Below the pieces are notes generated by a model. The model made no database searches, was not told the DNA's origin, and saw only the letters and a list, made by a program, of their open reading frames with translations. DNA of 64,000 nucleotides from Euglena gracilis (Eukaryota). The position numbers and the translations under genes are program-made. The stretch lies in the NCBI GenBank assembly GCA_039621445.1, contig CP154954.1, positions 44,185,847-44,249,846 on the forward strand, given 5' to 3'. This document shows, piece by piece, positions 1-13,252 of this stretch (positions are counted from its first letter, which is position 1; every line of letters starts with the position of its first letter).

Positions 1-786
1 GGGGAATGTTCGTGGGTTGGAGGTTTGTTGCAGCCCATTCAAACAGTGCAGTTGTCTCAGCTGCACCCCTCTGATGCAGGTTTTTTATCATGTCCTGGCG
101 GGAATTGTCTGAACTAATTGATCCAATTTCGGGTTATATTCATCCCACGCGGCCCCGGCGACGTCGGCAGGTGTGTTCACAGCCGAATGTGGTTGTGAAC
201 AGGTCACCCTCCCCAACTTTTACGGAGGCGGAACTAGACTCCGTCAAGCAAAGCAAGCAAAGCGTGCGTGCAGCACGTGCTCCTCGGGCACCTCGGAAAC
301 CAAGGGCTCCGCGAAGCACAAGGAAAAGGGCACTACTCAAGGTTTGGGGATTTATATCATTCATACATTTCAGTTTCTCACGCATTTCAGATGGCGCAAA
401 TTACTGAAATGCACGACTCTGATTGCCCGGAAAGTCCGGATATGCTGCGGCACGGTACGTGTCACCCTGGGGGGGGGGGGGGGGGCCTGTTTTCACGGTT
501 CCCAGGATACGAGCCCTGTGAGGGGGAGGCAGACGAAAGCGCAATACATAACCCCGATGCCCAACCTGTCTGTGATGAAGGTTTGTCACTTTGGGCCGTC
601 CGGGGAATTCTGTTTTTACGTGTTGCCGCAGATGATGCAATTCCCGCACCCGGACCTCCTCCGCCACCAGCTGCAGGGGCAGCTGCTTCGCCGGGTGATG
701 TGTCCTCCTCAGAGGACGACACCGTCTGGTCACAGTGTGACCTCCCACAATGGGCCCCACGCCATTGCGCGCGGCCCAAATATTAA
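1..786 (+). CDS. 3' part of an unknown protein gene with four tiny GT-AG introns
   Basis: Removing GT-AG segments 23-79, 342-390, 455-505 and 581-631 gives one frame: ..GMFVGWRFFIMSWRELSELIDPISGYIHPTRPRRRR...RALLK/MAQITEM...LRHG/YEPCEGE...CDE/DDAIPAPGPPPP...ARPKY* (TAA 784-786). No family recognised. Confidence 0.6.
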
Positions 787-845
787 CAGCCCAGCACACT
801 TTTTCCAAACAAGATTTGCGCTTTGCCAGTCCGTGCGCTTCAGGT

Positions 846-1165
846 CCTGGGTCGGTTACCCCCCGGAGGGGATTTTGTTATTGGAGGGCGGGGGGGGGTG
901 CGGGGGGGGGCGGCAGTCCCCCCCGCTAGACGACCAAGGGCGCCGAAGGCGCCTTAGGACTGTTTGTTTACGGTGCGCGTGGCATTACATGCGCGCCTGG
1001 CCCTGGGTCGGTTACCCCCCGGAAGGGATTTTGTTATTGGAGGGCGGGGGGGGGGGGCGGGGGGGGGCGGCAGCCCCCCCCCGCTAGACGACCAAGGGCG
1101 CCGAAGGCGCCTTAGGACTGTTTGTTTACGGTGCGCGTGGCATTGCATGCGCCCCTGGCCCTGGG
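846..1165. repeat. Two-copy tandem repeat of about 155 bp
   Basis: Near-identical units CCTGGGTCGGTTACCCCC...GGCGCCGAAGGCGCCTTAGGACTGTTTGTTTACGGTGCGCGTGGCATT at about 846-1001 and 1002-1165. Confidence 0.9.
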
Positions 1166-1394
1166 TCAGTTCAGCCCTGGATAGTGTGCTGCGTCCCTGC
1201 GGCCGCTGTTTCCGTTTCGCTGTTTTCGTTTCCGTTTCTCCCTTTCCAGAGTTTACACTCTCGATACAGCAGCGGTTGTTTGCCTCTGCATCCTGGTCGC
1301 TGCCTGTGCATGCGCGCCCACACACACAGCTCTGCTGGCGGCCCAGAATGGCAGTTTCTTTTGCCCGACAGTAACATTTTGCATTTCATCCCAA

Positions 1395-4085
1395 TGGGGG
1401 GGGGGGCTTAAAAATTTTCGGAAGGGGGGGGGGGGGTCGAATTATTGGTGGTCGCTAGCGACCGGTCGCTCCGACCACCAATGGTCGGTCGACCATGACC
1501 AACGGTCGCTAGCGACCGGTCGCTAGCGACCGGTCGCTAGCGACCACCAAAAGTCCCATGGCCAATTTCCCGCAATGAGCCGTCGGTCCCGGCCAAAGGG
1601 CCGGCCTTCGGCCGGCCAGGGGGGGGTCTTATATGGGGGGGTCTTATATGGGGGGGGCATGGTACCTTTTCGGCGCGAAGCGCCGAAATTTTTTGAAAAT
1701 TGCCTTTAACGTGCCCGATTTTGGGGGGGGGGTCCCCGGACCCAAATGTTCAATTAAGGGGGGGGGGGGTGAAATAAGGGGGGGAGTGGTAACGTGTTTG
1801 TTATCCACAAGAAATTTGCAGAACCACAAAACGGTCACAATTACCTCAATTTTTATCAACAAAAAGCAAAGGTTTTTACCACGTGCCACCCGCAGGGTAG
1901 CGAAACGGTGGCCATTTTTCTGTATAGAAAGGTGAAATGGTCACATGAAAATCTTTTTAAGATTGGACCCCTGTGGAGCGTGGGTGCGCTGGACTTGGGG
2001 ATGGGTCGTGTGTGCAGGATTTTCCTCCATTTTTTAAAAAAGTTATCCCAACCCCAAAGACCAATGTGGGCTGGGACAAGGGAGCTAAAATGTTAAATTT
2101 CAGTGCTGCCCGAAGGGCAGCTAGACGGTAATGGTTTTCCTTCCAAAAAAATGTTATCCAAAAAAATATATATCAGAAACCTTTTCACTAATAAATTTGG
2201 ACAAAACTTTGGTTCACAAGTAGAACACATTTTTGTGGAGTGAAAAAAAATTTTTCTTCCCAAAATCTCGGGGGGGGCAGCCGCCCCCCCCGACCCCCCC
2301 TTGTGGCACCCCTGCCCTTGTGTGTGCAAGGCAAGGATGGCTGAGTCGCGCTCCGTAATGAATTTAATCTTATGTGTGCAAGGCAAGGATGGCCAAAACG
2401 CGCCCCCCAACAAACTCCCTTTGTGCTAACTTCGGCCTACGGCCTCCTCCGGGGGGGGGGGGGCGGCCGCCCCCCCGGACCCCCCCCCCCGCATAACAAA
2501 ATCCCCTTGCGTGTGCAAGGCAATCCGTAATGAATGTAGTCTGATGTGTGCAAGGTAAAGACAAAAGTCGCTATGGCTATGGTTTCACAGAACAGGCGCA
2601 AAGAGAAGATATTACTCATTTTTTTTTGCAAATTGACCCCCGAATGGAGGGTTTGGAAGGCATTGGGGTGGGTTTTGAGTCATTTTCCTGCAAATTTGAA
2701 TGAATTTTTTTTGAGGGGGGGGGCTTAAAAACTTTTTTGAAGGGGGGGGTGGAGGGGTCCTGGGTGGGCAACTTTTTGGCAGAAATTTTGCAGCACCAGT
2801 TCAGGTTATTTTGAAGTGGGTACCACCCCCGGTGGGTCCTGGGGGGGCCCCGAGCGAGAAATTGGTGATGGACTTTTTGGTGGTCGGTACCTACTAGTCT
2901 ACCGACTAGTCGCTAGCGACCATTGGTGGTCGGGCCGACTAGTCAGCCCGACCACCAATTTTAAGTCCCCTAGCGCCCCCCCAGGACCCTCCAAATGACC
3001 CCCCCAGCACCCCCCCCCCCAAGACCCCACAGGACCTCCCCCCCAGGACCCCCCCCCCCCCAGGACCGCCACAGGACAGGGTCCTGGGGGGGGGGGACTG
3101 CCCATAAATGCATTTCCGGGTGATTTTGGCCCACCACAGACCATTTTTATGCCCACCGACCAGCCACCGACCGGGGGGGGGGGGCTTAAAAGTTCAAAAG
3201 GGGGGGGGGGGGTATTGCGGAAAAATGGTTGTCGGCCCGACCTGGTCGGGCCGACCACCACAGGTCGGTCGACCACCACCACAGGTCGGGCCGACCACGA
3301 TGGCGACCACCGGAAATCCGCACGGAGCCAGGGTTAGCCCAAACCATACTTAATACTTCGAATCCTACTGAGCTCAAAAATTGCCAAAAAATGGTCAAAA
3401 ACATGAGAAAAAATGCAAAAAAATGCAACTTTATGACTTTTTTCATTTTTTTGTGAGGAAATTCTTGGCAGAAATGACCGAAAGATTGCCAAAAATGATT
3501 GAAAATATGCATTCAAAACTTTTTTCTGAGCAAAACCTTGTTGGCGCTTTTTTGTTTTTTTGAAAAACATTGTTAAAATTGAAGAAAAAAAAAACGGAAA
3601 AAAAACAAAAAAAAATGGCGTCCAAAAAAAACAAGTTGCCAACTATGCTTGCGGCTCCTACGGCGTGCGTAGCCCCCCCGCCCCCCGCCCAAAATATCAA
3701 AATCCCCCTCATATGTGCAAGGCAAAATGGCCAAAACGCGCCCCCTAACAAAATTAGTTGGCCTACGGCCTCCTCCGTGGGGAGGGCTGCCCCCTGGACC
3801 CGCCCAAAATGACAAAATCCCCTTGTGTGTGCCAGGCAAGGATGGCCAAAACGCGCACCTTAATGAACTTAGTTGGCCTTCAAACTTTGGTGCTTGGTAA
3901 GCAAAATAGCCCCTCTCCACAGGGTTGGGCCAAGGGTTTGTATGCTTCTGAAATGGAAAACCACGGAGGTCGTTTCTACTGACCACATGGTCGGCCTAAC
4001 CTACAGTCAAAAGTCCTTTGAAAAAAAGGGGGGGTAATGCGGTTATTCTTATCGACCTCCAGAGGTCAGGCCGACCATGGGTAGT
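1395..4085. repeat. Cluster of related GGTCG/CGACC palindrome-array repeats
   Basis: Copies at about 1395-1560, 2714-2965, 3173-3320 and a weaker one at 3980-4085. The first three open with G-run+CTTAAAA; cores carry GGTCGCTAGCGACC or GGTCGGGCCGACC palindromes. Confidence 0.75.
2320..3870. repeat. Dispersed repeat with GTGTGCAAGGCAAGGATGGCCAAAACGCGC modules
   Basis: The module recurs at about 2320-2555 and 3710-3860, each block containing GGCCTACGGCCTCCTCC. Confidence 0.75.
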
Positions 4086-4879
4086 ACAATGAAATTTGCC
4101 ATCTGGGGACTATTGGGTTGGGTGTTGTTAAAAGTACTGTGAAGCGTGGAGAAATCTCATGGCCACCGCTGGTGAGTCATGGACAAGATCGGGGGGGGGG
4201 GAGCATTTTTGGCCATTTGACCCCTTTTTGCAAAAAAAATTTTGGTCCTTTGCGCCAAAAATTTGTTTGGTCCAACCCAGCTTCACCAGGCTGCAAAAAC
4301 TGTATCACCACTGAGAAAGAAAATGTCCATTTTCTTTCTGTCCTCCCAGGAGTTACGGCCACACGGCAGGCACAGGATATTTTTTTTAAACTTTCATGGG
4401 CGGCGCCTTTCCTTTTGTGCTCCCATTGTCCCCCCCCACTCGTCATTCGTTAAAGGGAATTTAAGAAGCTGGATCATGCGTTGCTTTGTTCAGCCAGTGG
4501 TGTTAATTCAGTTGAGCTTTAGTTTTAGTTTAGTTTTATTTGCTATTGGCAATTGAGATTGAAAAAGAAGCCCATTCCTCCAAAATGTAGTCCCTGTGGT
4601 GACGCCCGCGATTCCGAATTAGGGTCTCCACCCGTTTGTGGATGGAGCAATCTGGTTGTGAGGCCGAGAAGGCAAAGTATTTCTCTTTCCTCCCCCTAAT
4701 ATTTAATTAATTTTTTTTAGGTTTCCAGGAGTTTTTGTTCGCCATAAGGGACACAAGGAAGCCGCAGCTGTCACGTCGTTGACTAAGAAATTCGAAAATC
4801 TTAGGCGGCCAGCCAAAGTTGAATCTGAGCTGGATTCCCCGAATCCAAGGACAGGTGTTGCATCTTTCCAGATTCGTTG

Positions 4880-5170
4880 AACCAAACATTCAAAAACAAA
4901 CCAAACAACAGAGTTGCAGTAAGATGTTAACAACAAGATGAAGTTTGACATGGTGGATCAGACTTTGGGAAAGAAGAGCAAGGATAAGAGCTCAGAGGGA
5001 TGCTTTCTGTCAACATTTTTTCAACGCTCGCCAGGACAACACTGCCCTTGACCCCGTTCGATATAAAGTTGTGCAAGAATTGGCAGCAGCAAGAGAAGTG
5101 TCCCTATGGTCCACGGTGCTTATTTGCACATGGCACCCGAAGAAACGTTAACAGCAGTGCGATTTACATC
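4880..5170 (+). pseudogene. Decayed CCCH zinc-finger fragment, copy 1
   Basis: KLCKNWQQQEKCPYGPRCLFAHG (C-x8-C-x5-C-x3-H) at about 5065-5135; frameshifted relative to upstream NTALDPVRYK. Confidence 0.75.
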
Positions 5171-5264
5171 AACAGCTCGTGTGGCCCAGGTTTTTTGTTT
5201 TCAATAATCTTCATTTTTCATTTTATTCCTGAAGGCCCCAGTTTGCAATGGCCCCCAGATGAGT

Positions 5265-5555
5265 GTTAACAACACCCAGATCGAAGTTGTTGCAGTTGAC
5301 ATGGTGGATGGTGGAAAATCAGACTTTGGGAAATTGAGGAGATCGAAGCGAAAGAAGAGCAAGGATAAGAATCAATATTGGCTGCTTTCTGTCAACATTT
5401 TTTTCAACGCTCGCATACCAGGACAACACTGCCCTTGACCCGTTCGATATAAGACAAAGTTGTGCAAGAATTGCAGCACAGAAGTCCCTATGGTCCACGG
5501 TGCTTATTTGCACATGGCACCAAAGAAATGCGAACTTATTCCTTTACAGCAGTGA
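5265..5555 (+). pseudogene. Decayed CCCH zinc-finger fragment, copy 2
   Basis: Tandem duplicate of copy 1. Keeps DPVRYKTKLCKN and PYGPRCLFAHGTKEMR but has deletions inside the finger. Confidence 0.7.
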
Positions 5556-5599
5556 TTAATACCTGAAATTTCTGTGTTTTTTTTGTGGGGCTCCCTCTT

Positions 5600-7260
5600 A
5601 CACTCAAACTTTGCAGGTCTCCTGAGCGCCAGTTTTTGCACTGGGGACTTCCCCAACTTCATGCCAGTCCCATTGACAACGAAAAATCAGTGCAACCCAA
5701 TAAAAATTGAATAAAAACTTCCTGATGATGATAACCAACCCAAACAAAAATTCAAACCTCCTATAATATTCAATATCATCTGCAAACATTCAAATTCAAG
5801 CACATAACATCCTTTTCTCCTGTCTTCCTATTTTTTGGTTTAAGCAGTCTCTATCAAGCTGACATGTTCTTGAAATGACCAAAAATGGTTTTTTTTGCTT
5901 CTATCAAGGCTTGGTGGGAATTTTTTGTGGACCTCAGTCCAGCAATTTAAACTCCTACCAGTTGAAAATTTCAAAATATCACAACCATGTTAATAACGTT
6001 GTTTATGACGTCCAGAGTTTTGTTCTGATTTCTGATTTGATAATTCTGAAACCCAAAGAAATCCCATGTCAAAAACTTGGTTGAATGGGGAATGAGTTCA
6101 GGCAGAATTCCCACACAGGAATTGCTGCAGGCAGTCAAATTGATCGAATTTTGCAAGGCATAAGCATTTGAATAAATCTTAAAAAGCAAGGTTCCAAGCA
6201 TCATCTTGCCAGAGGCCTCCTCCTCCATCCATTCTGGGTCCCCTTCATTACCAGGCTGAACCGGTCTTTCTAATGATTCCAAGGATAAACCCTCCCCTCC
6301 AGCCCTGTTCAGAAATGACCAAAAATGGTTTTGGGGCTCTTGAGGGGTTTGTCAGCTGCTCATTTTGCAACGCCAATGCAGGTCATTTTTTTTGGGCAAC
6401 TGTCCCCAGCTCAGGTGCAGCCAGTACAACCCCCAAGGTCTTCAAAGAGATCCAACCAATGTTTTTTTTTGAACCGAACTCACCAAGGCTTTTTTGTGCA
6501 AGGCCAATTTTTTCCCCAATTTTGCTGCAGTCGGAAAGTGTGGCCTTTTTCCTGCATTTCCTATGTCAAAGGGTATTTGAACATCTGGAGGGTTCATGTT
6601 GGGGGTTGTTCCTGGTTTGAAGTGGATGTGCTCCTGCACAAGTTGCCGTCACCAAAAGTGGCATTCAGCCTGTCCAGGACCCTTACTTTTTTGGTCACCG
6701 CGCATATCCTCAACCTCAAACACGGCTGAATGAGAACCCCCAACGTTGGTGGTGGGTGGATCCCACCCCTTGTACCAATTTTCAGGTGAAAGTTTTCTTG
6801 CTGATCGAACCATCTCATACAGCCCTGACCTCAATGCCCAGTGTTTCCACAAATGCCTTATCCTCCTGAGTGCGGTCTCTACTCCCCTCAGTATCCACCA
6901 TATATGGCCCCTGAGATGTACACGATGCCCTTCTACCATTCGGTTCGTTAATTGCCAACTTGACCTTTGTCTAGACCTGTTGTTTGTTGACCTCTTCACC
7001 TGACTTGTAAATTGCGAACCTCGGAAGCCTTCATGCAACAGCATCAGTGGAAAAGGTCTCCTCACCCTCAACTGCTCAGGTTGGTTGGCCATCACCCAGT
7101 GGACCACAACCTCCTTGTCAATAATTCCCACCTTGCTCCTACTCCCCAACCAAGAAGGAATTTATTTATTTGTGCCATTGTCCAAAAAGAAGTTGGTCAC
7201 CTGGAGGAGGGTTTGGGTGAGTCTGGGGAGGGGTTGGTTTCCACTGTTTTTGGGGACCAA
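5600..7260 (-). pseudogene. Possible decayed, frameshifted coding relic of unknown identity
   Basis: High-complexity sequence with overlapping protein-like ORF pieces (e.g. IPSWLGSRSKVGIIDKEVVVHWVMANQPEQL; RWFDQQENFHLKIG; DPEWMEEEASGKMMLGTLLFKIY) broken by stops and frame changes. Confidence 0.25.
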
Positions 7261-10200
7261 AGTTTTTTGTCCCCCTAAATTGACCCCCCAATATCCTGCC
7301 CCATGATATCCGGTTTGCTTCAGTACCCCCCCCCCCAGCAGCTACCCCCCGCGGGGGGGGGGGGGTCTGCTAGCAGGGCTAGCTAGTGGAAAAAAATTTT
7401 CCAGTGACCGGCGCGAAGCGCCGAAAATTTTTTTTGGGACCCCCAAAAATGGCCAAAAATGCCCGTTTTTGGCCATTTTTGGGAATTTTTGGAACAAAAT
7501 CAGCCAAAAACCTATTAAAAACCTCATTTTTCCTCCGGCGCGCAGCGCCGGAGGAAAATTTTTTTTCCAGTCCGGGGGACCCCCGGACCCCCCCCCCCCC
7601 CAGGGGGGAAGAGGGGGGTCTAGCTAGTCCACTTTTTCCAGTGTCTAGCCGATTGGCTAGCCAGTACCCCCCCCCCCCCCGGGGGCCTTAAGCAAAAGCC
7701 TGATCCCCACCTAAACCCCCCCCAAATAATAAACCCTGGACACCCAAAGTCGGGGTCCGGGGGGGTTTATTATTTGGGCAAAAATTTGAGAGTCAAATTT
7801 CGACCAGAAAACCCCTCCACAGGCTCCAATGGTCACTTTTTTGGCATTTTTGGGCTTTCCTGAAAATTGGGTGCTTTTTTTTGGCATATTTTCTGCGCCA
7901 ATTTGATCCATTTTTTGTGATTTTTAGTTGAGAAATTGGCCCCGCGAAAAGAATCCTGACCCTCCAAATCGAGAACCGACCAGGTCAGCCGGGGGGGGGG
8001 ATTCTTTATTCTTTTGGAACTGTACAAACATGGCTCAAAAAAAGCCGAAAATGGGGCAATTTTTGAACAATTTCAGAAAAATAATGGATTTCACCATCTT
8101 GGGCCAATTTGTCATTTTTTTGCATGATTGGACCCCCACCAAATCACAACCAATGGTCAAATTTGTCATTTTTCATGATTGACCCCCCAATCTTCAGACC
8201 TCCTCCCCCTGATTGCCTGACCCCCTTCCTGAAACCCCTCCAATTTTTTTCTAAAAAAGGGGCCATTTGGAGGGGGTTTCTGAAATCAAAGATGAAAGGG
8301 AGCTTGGTTGTTTCCTTGGATGGGATTAATGAACAGTCGCTCTGCATTGTGCAGTGCAAATTCCGCTTGGGCACAGGAGCACAAAGAATAACTCGTTTTG
8401 TCGCATCCCGAAGCTGGCTTCGTGCCTAGTGCTCATCAGCACTCCAGTGGGCATGAACTTCGCAGCTCTGGTCAATGTGGGACAACTTGAATCTCATTCA
8501 ATTCAACTCCAACCCCGGGAGGTTTTAGAGTTGATTTGGCTGCGGTGGACACACTGTTTTCTGCATCCAAGAATGATAATGAATTTGACCCCATTCGGCC
8601 TTTAGTTTTGTCCCCTGCTTTCTCACGTTGTCCCACTTCTCTGTTTTCACAACCCTCATGGCCAGCGTGTCCACATGGATTGCACTCTGTGAGCAGATTT
8701 TGGGTTTGTATTTTGAGCCTGTCTTGCGTTCAAATGTGCAATTGCAACCAGGGTACAGGCAAAAGGATTTTTCTTGGGGAAGGGACCTTATTCACTTGAC
8801 ACCTGTGTGACCCCCTCCCCCAATGGTGCACCCCAGGGGGGTGCACCATTGCTGAACCTTTCTTCATCCCAAAATACAAAACAAAAAATTGGCCAAAAAC
8901 CTTCGTCTGCCAACCTACTTTGGCCCATATTTTCACCTCTGAATGCAAAAAAAATACAATACATCCAATTGGGCAGCTGGAAAAGAATTAAAACTCATGG
9001 GGTGGGGTTGGGAGGAAGGTTGGCTGGATCCCGGAAGGCTGGCTGGATCCCTCCCTCCCTGACACCCGGGGCGTGGGGGGGCAGTTTTTCCCAGGCCCAA
9101 ACCCACCCACCACAATTTTTTGAAAACCCACTGACCACCCACAACCCCAAAATCCAGCCAAAATCGGCCAAAAAACGCAGAAAAAATTTTCCGGTCCGGC
9201 CTTTGGCCGACCAAAAACTGATACAGTTAAAATGTTTTTTTTGTGTGCAATTAATTCATTGGGAAGTTGAAAAAAATGATGATTTTCCCCCCTCTATGTT
9301 TTTTTTCCTTGCCCTTTTCTTCTGCCAATTGTTTTTATTATTATTATTATTATTCCACTTTTTTTTTAATAAAAAAAGCACCAGACCCAGGAGCGCACCA
9401 AACTCCAGGGGAAAAGGGAAAGTGAAAGATTCCTCCCTGCTGTGCAGAGTGTCGGCGAAAGTCTTTTCGGCAAGGACGGACTTCTTTTTTTGCTGCGCAC
9501 AGTGCGAAACCACTGGGGGCCAGCCAACTTGAGAGAAAGGCAAAAAAAAAGCGGTCTAAATCACAAGCGGCCCGCGCCGCCCATGCCCACCCCGCGTCAA
9601 TTTCCGTCTCGTCTCTTCTTCTTGAGGTGGCGCTCCCCCTCTTTTCGGCAAAGTCGTGGTTTCCCGCCAAGCCACAGACCAGCAGGAAGTATGCAACAGG
9701 CAATTGCGCTGCGCCTCTTCTTCTGCCGCTCCCGCCAGATCCCCGGAGAGGCTGCCGCTTTTTTCTGTCATGTCCCTTTTCATAGGCACCATCGGCCGAC
9801 CCTGGCGGAAACGCTGCCACCCTCCGCCGCACTTCAGGATGGTGCCGCCTTTCTTCCGCTTCCGCCTCAAAGATTTTTTGTCCCGTCGGGTGCATTTGGC
9901 TGCTTTTTTGTCCCTCGAATATGGGGTCCCGAAATAAAACGCGTAAAAGCCCCCCCATCGTCACCAATTTCCCAGTAGGGCCCCAGTTTCTGCGATGCCT
10001 CTTGCTTTTGATGTGCTTCTGTCCATTCTGTGCAGTTCTTTTCCATGTTTTGAGTTGATGGAGTTCACTGTTCCGATCCTGCAGTTGCTGAATTTTTCTT
10101 TAAAAAAATGCATTTTTGGTGCTTTTTTCGGTTGAGGAATTTCGCCCAAACAACCCTCCCAAATAATGAATCCCTTGAATCCCGACGTCGAATGTCCAAA

Positions 10201-11034
10201 CAACATACCAGCACAGTAGTTTGGGGGGTAAGTCAACTACAGTCGACGTGGCATTTTAATTTAATAAAGAAGCCAACTTAAACTGATTGGGATGTTACAA
10301 TTTCAAACTTACATGTTTTGCCAAGCTCAAGGTGAATCATAGACAAGACCCTGCCCTTTTATTTCGTCCCTGTGCTTGTGGTGGGTGATGACATGGGTGA
10401 TGATATGATGTGGGTGTGGTGGTTGATTGCTTGAAAAAACTGCTCTGCCCCAAAGAAAGGGAAAAAGTAGAACTAATTTTCAAGTGGTTGTCAGGTGGAA
10501 GCATAATTATGGTATTTTATCATGATATGTTTGTCACCTGTTTCTTTTGGCTTTGCGAATTGCAACACAATACAAATGATTTTTTATCGGAAAGTATCCA
10601 TCGTACAAGCTTTGGGTTAAATGCAAAGCCCGGAGCAACTGTTGAGCACTTTGGTGGCCCTTTTTGAGTCCAGCCAAACCAGAAAATTTAGCATGCTGGA
10701 AAAATGCTGCTGCCACCCCTCCCCCCTTTTAGGGGAATCAAACTGATGGTCCAACCAGGTGGCAAAGAATCGAAACCTCAAATATGAAGGAAAAAAAACT
10801 GCCAATTGTGCAACAAGTCAATGTTTTGACCCGAAATTTGCACTGGCCAATCCTTTTCCGAGCCATTTTTGCCCATTTTTTGGGCCATTTTTGTACCCCC
10901 GAAAACCAAAAATCCGCCCTTTGGGGGGCGGGAATATAAACGAAACTCATTGAGTGGGGTCCGATGCCACCAACTGGAAAAGCGCTGCTGGTTGGCCCCC
11001 TTCAAATGCTCTTGAGCTACGCCCTGACACTTGC

Positions 11035-11423
11035 GCGCGCACGTACGCACGCGTGCACATGCACACCCACACCCACACAACACACACACACACACACACA
11101 CACACGCCCACACCCACATACGCACACACACACATACAACACACACACACACACACAACACACTGACACACACACAACACACACACACACACACACAACA
11201 CACACACACACACGCACACTCACACACACACGCCCACACCCACACCCACAGCCACCCACCCACCCACCCACACACACACACATACAACACATACACAACA
11301 CACTGACACACACACACAACACACACACACACACACATGCAGGCACGCACGCATGCAGCACGCACGCGCGCACACACACGCATGCACACACACACAACAC
11401 AGACACACACACAGACACACACA

Positions 11424-11479
<56 letters not shown>

Positions 11480-11500
11480 AACACTCCCTCCACACACATG
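11035..11500. repeat. Imperfect (CA)n microsatellite
   Basis: Seen directly. Similar CA/TG tracts at about 26336-26470, 28943-29045, 31567-31730, 49565-50256, 50857-51350, 54418-54660, 56748-57030 and 63588-63790. Confidence 0.95.
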
Positions 11501-11574
11501 TGCACGCGTACAGGGACAAGCGCGCGGACGGAGACAGCACGCACGCACATGATGCAAAGGGGGGTGGACGCTGG

Positions 11575-13044
11575 TTGTTCCGGGGGTGGGGGTGACGGGG
11601 GGCCAGGAGGGCCAGGCAGGCAGGCGGCGGGCCAGCCACGCTGGCAGGAAGCCCCACAGCCAGGTGGGGCGGTGCCGGGCGAGAGCGGCCACCTCCTCGG
11701 CCCATGCGGACTGCAGGGCGCTGCGCTCCGTCAGGGCGAGCTGCAGGAGGGCCTGGCGGGCGACGGCGACGCCAGGGCTGAGCGGAGCGCTGTGGGGGGG
11801 GGGGCGCTTCACTTCCACGTTGAGGCGGGGCCCATTCAGACCGAGACCCCGCTGACTCCCGGCCTGGTGCGGCAGAACGGGAGTGCCCGTCGGACACACC
11901 ACCGCTTTTCTTTTCCTTTCTTGTTTCCTTTTCTGGCTTTCGGGGGGGTCGACTAGGACTGGCTGAAAATGCCCCCCCCCCCCCCCCCCCTGCTGGAACT
12001 TGTCTGGAATCTTTTGCAAAAAAAAAGACTTTGATTTTGGGACAAGTGCCAGAGCGGCCGACGGGCGACTGGTTTTTGAAAAATGTCCCACCCATAAAAA
12101 GGTCGAAACATTCGCAAACCTGGAGCACCATTTGCAGACATCAACACCACAAACCCACACGTGGGCACCATCACAGGCTCTGGGTGTGTTCTTGGACGAT
12201 GCGCAACTCCGGTAAATACTGCTCGATGCGATTTCTGTTGCAACGCCTTGGCTCCATCATAATCCCCCCCCCTGACCAAGATTGCCACCAACATGCAAGG
12301 TTGTACGCTCCCCCTAACAACCATCCAAAAATGTCTCCCTCCAATGCCCCTCTTTGACCAATTGATGACCAAAGAAGCAGATTGTAAATTGGAATAACTC
12401 TCCCCAAGGTGCCTTGTAACAAAAAAAAAACCAAAAAAAAAAACAGGAAAGCGCGCCCCTGTTTAACCAATTTTCAAACACATTTTGCCAAGTTCAAGGT
12501 GAATGACGGACAAGACACAGATAAGGAAACAAGAAGAGGAAGAAGAAGACTACTGACGGCATATTCCATCATTGCAGTTGGATATATGATGACCCCATAT
12601 AAACGACACCGCATTTCTTGCCGGTGATTCCCCATCGGTATCCGGCGGGCCTTTGACCAGAACCATCTGGAGTCGTGGGGAGCATCCAGCAGGCACATTT
12701 CAGGAGGGATTTATTATTTGGCTTAGCTGGTGCGAACGGTGCGAATTGCACAACCGTTTTTTTTTGGCGGTTTTGACCACCCCCTAAAACGGCCCAAAAT
12801 TGTCCAGATTCACGAAATTTATTTGGGAGGGGTGTTTGGGCGAAATGCTCGACCTCAAAAAAAAGCACCCAAAATGCAATTTAAATAAATAAAAAATACA
12901 CAACTTCTGTAGTTTTGGCACTTTTGACGTTTTATTTGACGTTGAATTTGCCTCAATTTTGTTGTAGCGATGTGTCCCTTTCAGAGAGGGAAATTGAAGA
13001 TTTTCCACCCTGCTTGATTCCTTCACAGGCATGTGGCAGGGGGA

Positions 13045-13080
<36 letters not shown>

Positions 13081-13219
13081 CATGCATGCATACATGCATG
13101 CATGCATGCATGCATGCATGCATGCATGCATACATGCATACATACATACATACATACATACATACATGCATGCATGCATACATACATACATACATACATA
13201 CATACATACATACATACAT

Positions 13220-13252
<33 letters not shown>

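Noticed and set aside
7310-7702. Degenerate TIR pair (also 32195-33460 and 2101-2314)
   Set aside because: No TSD and weak arm identity; probably old elements, but boundaries cannot be supported.
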